The position numbers were made by a program, and so were the translations under genes. A stretch of 63,853 nt of DNA, the filler included, from Klebsormidium nitens (Eukaryota > Plantae > Klebsormidiophyceae), in NCBI GenBank assembly GCA_000708835.1. It is 6 parts of 6 records of this genome, joined end to end, with 100 filler letters (N's around TTAATTAATTAA, not from the genome) between each part and the next. Parts side by side here need not be neighbours in the genome. Positions count along the whole stretch, not along the records: positions 1 to 24,394 come from DF237535.1; positions 24,495 to 33,343 come from DF238221.1; 4 more parts are not named here. One strand, written 5' to 3'. The notes beneath the pieces are model-generated. The model saw only the letters and a program-made list of their open reading frames with translations, was not told the DNA's origin and did not search any database. Numbering within the stretch: position 1 is the first letter of the stretch; each line of letters opens with the position of its first letter. This document shows positions 18,872 through 27,220 of the stretch, one piece after another.

Positions 18872-20416
18872 ATGCCAATGGCCACCGAGGTCCAGACGAT
18901 CATCGAAGCAGCTCCTCTGCTCGCTTTAGATAGCACATTGCCATGTCAGGAGAAAGCCTCTCACTGTGACAGGGTGGCTGAGGCCAACTTGAGCCTGTGT
19001 TTGAAACGGATTCCCGTCACGATGCGCGTGGATGGTGTCCCGGGTGGACTCCGTAGGGACACCCGTATGCACGATTGGAGAGTGTATATGACGCTGGATA
19101 ACGAAGAGGATTCTCTCGAAGAAAGATTGCAGAAAATAGATGAACTGTTGCTCATCGAGGATAGAAGAGAGGCCAGGTCCTTCCTGTACAATCAGCTAGC
19201 ATGTCTATATCGCAAGCTTGCGAGCGTGCCCACACACCCTGGTGACGCATGTCCCTTTATGAGCCTGCCGGAAGAGTTATGCTTAAAGATAGCATCCTAT
19301 CTCACGGATTCGAAAGACCGGGCGAATTTTGCCTTATGTAACACCGTCACGAGGGATGCAGAGAGGCATTCCAAAAGGTGCATTCGAATCTCAGCGAATC
19401 CCGACAAGAAGAAACTCAGGCGACTACTCGTAGCTAGCCAGAGTGCAGAGAGGCTCGTGTCGGATGGCCCAATAAAATCATCTCTGTTGCCCACAATCCT
19501 CAAGGATGGTACGGACATGCTGACGGCTTTTAGTGAATGCCCGATCGAGGTCTCGAGCTGGAAACACGTCCGGATGCTCTTCCGACGAGCCGTATCGGTG
19601 TCTCTGATCGTCGACGCGTCTTGTATGACAGAGGGGCATCTGTCGAGATACATAAAGTCCGACCGGTTCTCGACCATCAAGAGTCTACGGCTTCGACAGG
19701 TCGGTCCCTCGGAAGAAATCATCTCTTCAAAAGTCTTTTCTCATTTGTTGGATTCTCTCCCCGCATTGGAGGATCTTCGCGTGTTAGACATGCGGCTCAC
19801 TCGGCGTCATTTGCTAGCTCTCTCCAAGTGTCCAGCACTGACCACTTTAACGGTGGTACATTCGACTACTTCCGAGGGTGAGGCGGAGCCTCCCGAGAGA
19901 CTTCCGGATTTTGCACTGCAGGAATTGGAGATCTGCAATAGTCGGGAAAGAGCGGTACTGCCCACAACCCTACAGGAGATTGTTTCTGCTTCGAGAAAGA
20001 CGCTCCAGCGACTCATCTTCGACCAATCCCACTTTTACGACACCAGCACCCGGCACACGATGGTCGCACATGCACTGGTAGACCTGGAAATGAATCGATG
20101 GAGCGATCTGTGGTACCTGCGTTTCGACGAGAGACTCTCGAAGTTGAAGCACCTCGTCATCAGGAGCGACTGTCAAATATCCATGGAGTTACCACACGCA
20201 TTCGACGAGCTAGAGACTCTGGTCATTGGTAGCAACACCTCGGCCAGGCTAATCGACCTGTGCGGTTGCGTCGCATATATATCTATGTGTAGGATCTCCA
20301 AATTCCCTAAACTCAGAGTGATAGAGACGCGCTTGGACATGCAGACTGCATCATCCCACGCACTCTCTCAGTTCGCCAGGCAGCTGGGTAAAGACATCGA
20401 GCTGAGGATCTTCTAG
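18872..20416 (+). CDS. F-box plus LRR-like protein, intronless
   Basis: FMSLPEELCLKIASYL..SKDRANFALC F-box, followed by LxxLxL repeats (LPALEDLRV, CPALTTLTV, LSKLKHLVI, FPKLRVIE). Confidence 0.75.
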   Translation: MPMATEVQTIIEAAPLLALDSTLPCQEKASHCDRVAEANLSLCLKRIPVTMRVDGVPGGLRRDTRMHDWRVYMTLDNEEDSLEERLQKIDELLLIEDRREARSFLYNQLACLYRKLASVPTHPGDACPFMSLPEELCLKIASYLTDSKDRANFALCNTVTRDAERHSKRCIRISANPDKKKLRRLLVASQSAERLVSDGPIKSSLLPTILKDGTDMLTAFSECPIEVSSWKHVRMLFRRAVSVSLIVDASCMTEGHLSRYIKSDRFSTIKSLRLRQVGPSEEIISSKVFSHLLDSLPALEDLRVLDMRLTRRHLLALSKCPALTTLTVVHSTTSEGEAEPPERLPDFALQELEICNSRERAVLPTTLQEIVSASRKTLQRLIFDQSHFYDTSTRHTMVAHALVDLEMNRWSDLWYLRFDERLSKLKHLVIRSDCQISMELPHAFDELETLVIGSNTSARLIDLCGCVAYISMCRISKFPKLRVIETRLDMQTASSHALSQFARQLGKDIELRIF

Positions 20417-20808
20417 ATCGCTTGTGTCTCCAAGAATCGATTCCAAGCATCGGCGCTCCTCTCGCCCTGGTATACGCTGGTCTTTCCCGTGGCCAAGTCC
20501 CGGAGAACGAAACTCGGAAATCCTCGCAGGCCGAGAGAATTCGATTCGCTGCGGTCTATGCTCGCATCTACCTTGCGCAATGCGACGTCGCCGCGATAGG
20601 ACTGCTCGAAGCGAGACCATTCGGGAAAGGCCCTCTTGCAGAAGCCACAAGTCGGAAGATAGAAGTAGGTGAAGACGTATCTCGGAGCTTCGCCGAAAGC
20701 CTCATATCTCTCAGAGGTGTGTGGAGTGGAAAACCAACCGTTTGTGTAAGCATATAGGCCTATAGCCGCACCACCCAACAAAAAGTACACGTGACCGAGT
20801 CCGTCCAT
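20413..20808 (-). CDS. Thioredoxin-like protein with N-terminal membrane anchor
   Basis: YFYLPTCGFCKRAFPEW, VDAS, GFPSF and YQGERSA; GTATAC 2 nt upstream of the ATG. Confidence 0.87.
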   Translation of the reverse strand: MDGLGHVYFLLGGAAIGLYAYTNGWFSTPHTSERYEAFGEAPRYVFTYFYLPTCGFCKRAFPEWSRFEQSYRGDVALRKVDASIDRSESNSLGLRGFPSFVLRDLATGKTSVYQGERSADAWNRFLETQAI

Positions 20809-21960
20809 TTGTATACACTTGTTACAGAAATTTAATCAGCTCATTCAGGTCAGCCAGCCACAGCGTCTTCTCATCGTTGCTACGCAGGTCAGCGATCTCT
20901 CTCTGCACGTCTTCCAAGGATGCCTCTACTTCCCTCAGCCTCTCGTTCGTCAGCATGGTCAGCCGCATGCCCATCAGGTCCTTGGCCTGATCGGCAGACG
21001 GCGTCGGTTCCACGGTCTCCACAATGTCTCGGAGCACGTCGCTCTGTTCCCGCCTCGCTATGATCAACCTCCCGTGCACCACCGCTCTCACGAACACACG
21101 ACGCTGCTGCAGGTTCTTCAGTCGCTCCTCGGCCTCAGCGAGGAGGTGCTCCTTGCGCCTCTTGTAGAGCTCTAGTCGAGCGCCGTAGTACTCCTCCAAC
21201 ATGTCGTCGACCGTCTCGTACTTGCGGATGATTCCCCTAGTATCAAACGCGCATATGTTCTTGTCGCTGAAAGATCGAGAGAGGTCCAAGAGCTTGTGCG
21301 GGTCTTCGGATCCCAGCAGAGCCTCCAGGTCTGCCTCGCTCTCAAACGTCAGTTCAAAGTGCACTGTGTCCTCCGTGGAGAGGTTGAAGACGTCCCTCAA
21401 GTTCTTCACCTTGCCAGACTCCAGAAACTCCTTGTAATCGTCCGTCCAATATCCCACAGGCAGTTCGTCGACCACCAGGACTCGGGGTGTCTTTCGCCGG
21501 AAGGTGCCTTTCACGGCGTACATTCCTGGGCCCTTCTCTTCCACCGAGCCCTTGAACGAGTTCCAATACGGGGGAAGAGAGGAGGGGGGTCCCCCTCTCA
21601 GCATGGCCTTGAGGTTTGCGACGACCGCCGCGGGCTCGCGAGGCAGGATCCTGGTGGAGAAGCCATAGCCAACTCCGTTGCAGCCCGAGACCAGGGCCAT
21701 CGGAATGACCGGAGCGTAGTACTCGACCTCCACCTTCTCTCCCTCCTCTTCGAGCCTCCTCAAGAGCGACGCGTCCCTCGCGTCGAAGACGTGCTTCATG
21801 ATCGGCGTCAGCCTGGTGTAGATGTACCTGGCGCTCGCCGCATCCTGCCCGCCTTGCAGGCGCGTCCCGAACTGCCCCATCGGTTCGAGGATGTTGAGGT
21901 TGGTGGATCCCACGAAATCTTGCGCCATCTTCACGATCGCGCTCGCCAACGAGGTCTCGC

Positions 21961-22542
21961 CTACGAAAGATGTTATTGCGTTTGGAGGCGTGAATTTCTT
22001 TCTATATGCACCGTAGAGCCACTACGATGATAAGTGGGGAGCTCCTACACGATTGTGGTCTCAACCAGGAAGAACGATTTGCGGCAATTCGTGAATATTT
22101 CGATGGTATCTTTCGCAACAGAGTGGGTGCCGACTGGCAGCTGTTGAGATCTATCGATACTTTATACGAAGAGGAGCAGGACGATGAGTGCAGAAAAGCC
22201 TCTTTAGATAAGAAATTCGAGCTCGTAAGAGGCAAGCGAGACGACTTCTTCAGAACCTTTCTTAAATATCTAGAATACGACAAGATAATGATGAAGAAAA
22301 CACAGCAATCTTTGGAGGACGTGAAAGAATTTCTTAACCGTAAAACTATCGAAACGAACGAATAATGCAGTAGCTTTACTGCGACCTCTGTCAGAGAAAA
22401 CATGGAAGCCACGCGGCACAACCTCATAGAGACGATACGAGAACTGGATGCTGAGATACTGAGGATGCTCGAGGTGTGGGGCTTAGACGCTGTGAAATTG
22501 CACGACAAACCCCACGGTCCTTTGTCGGATCGACAATATCAC
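21961..22542 (-). other. 582-nt GT-AG intron in top2 (phase 1, in YRHG|E) containing an antisense ORF
   Basis: CACG|GTGATA donor and ctttcgtag|GC acceptor; the unspliced frame hits a stop at 22424. Confidence 0.9.
22006..22365 (+). CDS. Intron-nested antisense ORF, 119 aa, helical and charged
   Basis: Lies wholly inside the top2 intron; ATG 22006 (or 22027) to TAA; AT-richer than the flanking exons. Confidence 0.65.
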   Translation: MHRRATTMISGELLHDCGLNQEERFAAIREYFDGIFRNRVGADWQLLRSIDTLYEEEQDDECRKASLDKKFELVRGKRDDFFRTFLKYLEYDKIMMKKTQQSLEDVKEFLNRKTIETNE

Positions 22543-23142
22543 CGTGCCGGTAGCTCGTCTTCAGAGCGACCTGCGCCGCCAGTTGCGCCACCTTGATCTC
22601 TTTCGTAAAACTCTGTTCGCCTGCCTGGAGGAGCGTGAAGAGGATCTTGCGCTGGGACGGCTTCAGACCGTCGAACACGCTGGGGATGTGGCGCTTGATC
22701 GCGGCCAGCCCGAAGAGAGCCAGAGGCCCGTAGACAAAGTCTGTCAGCTTCACATCCGGGCCGGCGGGTTCGGAGGGAGCGTTGCAGGTGGCGTCGACCA
22801 TCCACTGCTGCCGCTCCGCCGTCATCTTGTTGGAGAACGCCAGCCTCATGCTGCTCTGAGCCTCAGGGTCTGCCACGAAACGGCTGGTCTTCATGGTCTG
22901 GAAGATGACCTTCGCCTCGCTGGATGTGTGCGTGCCGAGACCCTTGTAATACTTCACAGTCCAACCCGATCGCCCTTCTCGTGCCCTCCATGTTTCGAAT
23001 TGCTCCTCCGTGTAGAACGAGATCGCCTCGCGTACCCGGCCTCTCGGGAACGCCTTGATCACGGGAGTGTCCAGAGTCCAGACGAGTCCCAGCGTCAGGA
23101 GCTCAGGCCAGAACGTGTTGATGAAGTGGATGATGAGCCCCC

Positions 23143-23588
23143 CTGCGAGTGGGCGCGAGCTTCTGCACAATCTTGAAATTCGGGCGATCCAGACAGAATA
23201 AAAGCAACGTACACTTTAGAACTCGAGGGATGCCTCACTACGAGACTTGCTATAAATGCAGACTCAAATATAATAGGAAAACCGGGAAATGGCCTGAGGA
23301 TGATCGTTTCAAGGCCATATACAGAAAAGAGATCAGGGACGGTGACGAGAATGCTGCCGAGCTCCGAGCGCGCCTTGCCAAGTTCTGGTATCTGAGCGGT
23401 GGTGGTATGACGAAGTACAAGGCGTGCAAACGGTGTCATAAGCATGACCCCAACATCGCTGAGATCATGGACCACGTTCCCGACGGCTGGATGGTGCCGA
23501 GTAAGGGAGAAATGATCTTGAAGGATTTAGAAAAGCCGTGTGTCGTTATGTGAGGCTGTGCATCCAGAGCAAAGTGGAAGTAACTCAC
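23143..23588 (-). other. 446-nt GT-AG intron in top2 (phase 1, after DGIHI) containing an antisense ORF
   Basis: ATAA|GTGAGT donor and actcgcag|GG acceptor regenerate HI-R-GLII. Confidence 0.93.
23230..23553 (+). CDS. Intron-nested antisense ORF, 107 aa, two CxxC motifs (putative Zn-binding)
   Basis: MPHYETCYKCRLKY...KYKACKRCHKHD; fills most of the intron; upstream AATAAAA. Confidence 0.7.
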   Translation: MPHYETCYKCRLKYNRKTGKWPEDDRFKAIYRKEIRDGDENAAELRARLAKFWYLSGGGMTKYKACKRCHKHDPNIAEIMDHVPDGWMVPSKGEMILKDLEKPCVVM

Positions 23589-23766
23589 TTATGTGAATCC
23601 CGTCCACGTCGGCGTCCGATGCGATCAGCACCCTCCCGTATCTGAGCTGATTCAGGTCCGTGTACTTGAAGAAGTGCTTCAGGCCGAGGATCTGCTTCAG
23701 GTGTCCGATCTCCTTGTTGTCAGCTAGCTTCTGTGCGGACGCGTCCGTCACGTTCAGGAGCTTGCC

Positions 23767-23852
23767 CTGCAGAGAGACGTTTTACCAGCCATCAGAGCTG
23801 CCCAATCGCCTCGCGGCATGCGCGCATGGAGGTGACACCCGAAGAGACTCAC
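23767..23852 (-). other. 86-nt GT-AG intron in top2 (phase 0, PLR|GK) with no nested ORF
   Basis: CGG|GTGAGT donor and ctctctgcag|GGC acceptor. Confidence 0.93.
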
Positions 23853-24185
23853 CCGTAGCGGAAAGGACCCCTAGTACTGTCTTTCTTTGAGGTCCAGCCC
23901 CCCTACGCCGGCGGTCACGAAGGTCTTGGCGGAGTCTCCCTCGGTCAGGACGAGTGTGCAGCGCCCTGAGTCCTTGGTCCCCGCCCTCGGGGCATCGTCC
24001 AGCTTGGGAATCTTCAACCTCTGGCACTTGGACCCGTTGGTGGCGACGAGAAGGCGCTGGTCCTTGGCTTTGGACGCGGCGAGCGCAATCTCCTTGAGCT
24101 TCAGCCGGTCGATTGCCTTTCGGACGTCCTTTTCCGGCATCTCGCAGCGGCTCCCAAACTTGTACACCGGCAGGTTGCATGTATC

Positions 24186-24394
24186 CTGCAGAAATAAAAT
24201 CTCTATTTGGAAATATACTGGAAAATGGATCCCATGTACATTCTGCTCATCCTCTCGTGGATCGGGGTGGCGTTGCTCATCATTGTGACGATTCGAGTCT
24301 ATGAATCTTCATATCGAACTCGTCCCAGTATATTGTCCGCGCGCGTATGGCGTATCTGCTATCTGCTTTGCTCGATATCGTATACTGAGTCGCG
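24186..24394 (-). other. 3' part of a further top2 intron (donor lost in the gap) containing an antisense ORF
   Basis: attttatttctgcag|GAT acceptor gives DTCNLPVYKFGSRCEM, the segment that follows QTK in topo II. Confidence 0.8.
24225..24394 (+). CDS. Intron-nested antisense ORF with N-terminal TM helix, truncated by the gap
   Basis: MDPMYILLILSWIGVALLIIVTIRVYES...; ATATAC 6 nt upstream of the ATG. Confidence 0.55.
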
Positions 24395-24671
24395 NNNNNN
24401 NNNNNNNNNNNNNNNNNNNNNNNNNNNNNNNNNNNNNNTTAATTAATTAANNNNNNNNNNNNNNNNNNNNNNNNNNNNNNNNNNNNNNNNNNNNGTGAGA
24501 CACATTCAGGCCACTTCGGACACTCCGCTTGTGCTGGCATGGAGGCGCTTTCATGACTCGTTCAGCGTTCAACCTGGTGGATGAAAGGACGACTCGGAGT
24601 CACGAAAAGCACAGCCCGTGCTTTTAGAATCCAGCCCCTTCTTTCAAATCGCAACCCATGCTCACGCGCAG

Positions 24672-25855
24672 GTGTACCTTTCGGACGCGTCCGGCGCGTC
24701 GCCGCTCGTGTACGCCGCCTCCTGGTGGTCCGAATCGGACGTCGGTACGTACCTCTCGGACGTGCACGCGCCCATCTGGACCAATCTGATGGCCGTCAAG
24801 GCGCCGCTCCACCGCAGCCTTTCGTGCATCTACTTTGGCAACTCCCCCGCGCTTGAAGCGTGAGTCGTTTCGTACCGACCACTTTTCAACCCTCTGCCCG
24901 TGGCAGGCTATGAGGAAAAAGCGGATACAGCTGTTTGCGTGACCCTCACGAGGGATTCAAAACCGCTTTACGTGATCTTCGACCGTCTGATCGCTCTACT
25001 TTGAGAAGTATTGGCATTTTGGGGAGATTCCTCCGCCTTCTATGCTCAACACCAGGCACGCCAGTTTGAGGGGGAGGCCAGGCCTACCAACAGCTCTTTT
25101 TCGTGGAGACCCCACAAGAAGGGGTCTGCTCTCTCTTTGATTTTTTTCCCACTTTTTAAACTGTCTTTGGCGGACGCGCACGCCTTGACCGCTGTGACAA
25201 GTCCCCGACCGCTCTCGCTTATGAGACAGCGAGACGGCGTTTACGAGACTGCTGTTGGGCAGGTGCAAGGTTGCCGAGCTTATCGTCGGTCTGATCATTC
25301 AGTCGTGATCTGATCAGACACTCGACCTCGGTCTATTGACGATACGAATTTTCTCCCTCGTTTGATCTTCTGGTCACCTGCTTGATCTTGCGTTGAGAAT
25401 CCATTGGCTGTAATTTCGAGGCGCTTCAAACAGCCTGACGTCCTGCCTTAAAAGAGCTCGTAGTACTTCCATCCCCAATCAAAAGTCCCTCTTTCAAGCG
25501 TGCCGAAGCGTAACGGAATGCTGCAACTTGAAGTTCCAAACGCTATAAGGACTCAGCCGTTATTGCTTAATCATATAATGATTTGAGCTAGAAGGTAGTC
25601 GGCGGGACCCACATGGCTGCAATTGACAATACGGACCTGTCTACCAAGGGGACGGGGTACGAATGTTGCTCACTCACTCTCTATCCTCGGTTTCGCAGGC
25701 GGTTCGGGATGCCAGGTCCTTTTTGGGCACGTCACTACCTTTTCTACGTCAACGGGCGGCCACTGACGCTGATCTACGAAGCCTTTTCCAACGCGTTGGA
25801 GACATATCTGGGGCCGAACGACCGTTGGACGGCGCCGTTCGGCCGGCTGGCTTGA
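24672..25855 (+). CDS. Host Ycf21/DUF98 chorismate pyruvate-lyase-like protein, 3' exons 24672..24859 and 25699..25855
   Basis: VYL...LVYAASWW...PIW..L...L.R....IYFGNSPALEA|RFG..GPFWARHYLFY..G.PLTLIYEAFS..L..YLG matches cyanobacterial Ycf21; GT-AG junctions restore the frame. Confidence 0.85.
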
Positions 25856-26869
25856 CTGCCCCACCGGTCGTCTTGGGGCAAAGGAAAATGGTTCCGGGTT
25901 GAGGGGTACATGCCCCTGGAACATAAGGAAACCAGCCTGGGACGGGTGAGGTCAGTTAGGAGGGTTAGGGTGGGTCAGCGGGGTGCGGGGCGGTCCGGCT
26001 CCTGTAAAAATTTCTATTTGTGCACTCGAGTGATATATGGTCAAGAAGGCTTTGAGGCCCGGCCGGTCTGCTCTGCCGAGGATAGCCAAAGCAGTTACAC
26101 GTGTAAAGACCCGTCCGTAAGAATAGACAATTGCCAGAAAATGAACTTATATGATCGTGGTGCGCCGTTACGTCTAGTACTCAGTGTGGAAGTCTCACAC
26201 AAGGCACGCGGTGTCAGCTCCAGAATCTGGGTTATGCGCGGCTAGGGCCGTCGAGCGGCAACCACGAGCCTCGTCAGCGGCCGCCGTCAGCCAAGATGCC
26301 AAGTCCGCCGTCTTGTTTCAAACGAATTTGACAAGTTGCTGGTGAAAGGAAATGGCTGACAAGAGTCAGAATTGTATAGAGTTGTACATAAGGAAGATCT
26401 GTCTGATCTATTTTTTTATCTTGCGTTCATCGATAACCCATGCATGAGTCTTTTGACGTGACCGTCAAACCTATCTGGAGTATCGCTAATTCAATCTACT
26501 TGTAGTTGTATTCCTCCGTCTGTTGCTGAAATCAACAAGCGCTGGCCAAGATGATGTCAGATGAAGGGTGATCATCATCTCCGCTATGTCGACACTCCAA
26601 AACCAAAGGAGTCGTTTCTCGTCCCAAACTTTTCATTCCGCGAGTTGAATTGAATTCTTTAGAAGCTGAATGGGCAAAGTGTAAACAGGATCCACAAAGC
26701 ACTTCAGTAGGTGAATCGCCCGCGCACCGTACGTCATCATCAGTTTCGCCAATATCAGGCGCATTTACCCGCCCAAATCTTCTCACCCAGTCCCGCTGGA
26801 TTCCGTTGTCCTCATTCCGTCCGGTTCCGGTTCGTCTGATCCGGCGCTGCTCCTGTATCTCTGTGGTTT

Positions 26870-27220
26870 TAGGAATTTGCTTCTCCGCACCGCCCACATC
26901 GCCCCACCTAGTTCGACCCTCCGCCCCATCCCGGCTGGCTTCCGCTGTCGTCATTCGGTGGCATTCCCGTTCCGTTCCGCTGCTCATCCATTCTCGCCTC
27001 GAATCTAGATTTTGCCATCTCCGCACCGCCCACATCGCCCCACCCACTCCCTCCCCCCATGCAATCCGGCTGGCTTCGGGTCTCATTGAACCGTTGAGCT
27101 CCCGTTCCGTTCAGCTGCTTGTTTAATCGTAAATCACCGGGATTCTGCTTCTCCCCACCGCCCACTTCACCCCACCCAATCTCTCCGCTTCACCCTTCTA
27201 CCACTTCCGGCTATCTTCCG
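26870..27220. repeat. Three diverged ~135-bp direct repeats
   Basis: tctccgcaccgcccacatcgccccacc...ccggctggcttc at about 26880, 27015 and 27148. Confidence 0.8.

Larger units (their letters stand above)
20822..24185 (-). pseudogene. top2: Viral DNA topoisomerase II, 3' part; complement(join(20822..21960,22543..23142,23589..23766,23853..24185)); in-frame TAG at 23871-23873; ATPase half lies in or beyond the gap
   Basis: The spliced 2250 nt form one frame with LTEGDSAK, FPLR|GKLLNV, DADVDGIHI R|GLII, KYYKGLGT, DGLKPSQRK, YRHG|ETSLASAIV and ASARYIYT. Confidence 0.95.
4163..24394. mobile_element. Endogenous giant virus (Nucleocytoviricota) segment; right end runs into an assembly gap
   Basis: Tightly packed or overlapping, mostly intronless ORFs including VLTF3, A22/RuvC-like resolvase, WLM-like peptidase, thioredoxin, DUF5764, DUF5759, EsV-1-7 nuclease and topo II. 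This contrasts with the intron-rich host DNA on the right. Confidence 0.92.

Noticed and set aside
6575-23176. Long antisense or alternate-frame ORFs such as 6609-7244, 10388-10930, 12806-13573, 15882-16391, 21296-22030 and 22544-23176
   Set aside because: They are shadows of GC-rich or repetitive real genes and have no recognisable motifs.
21961-23852. Reading the top2 insertions as group I/II introns, inteins or simple gene fragmentation
   Set aside because: The ends are GT...AG with GTGAGT/GTGATA donors and pyrimidine-rich acceptors. The inserts are not in-frame protein, and exact splicing restores the motifs.
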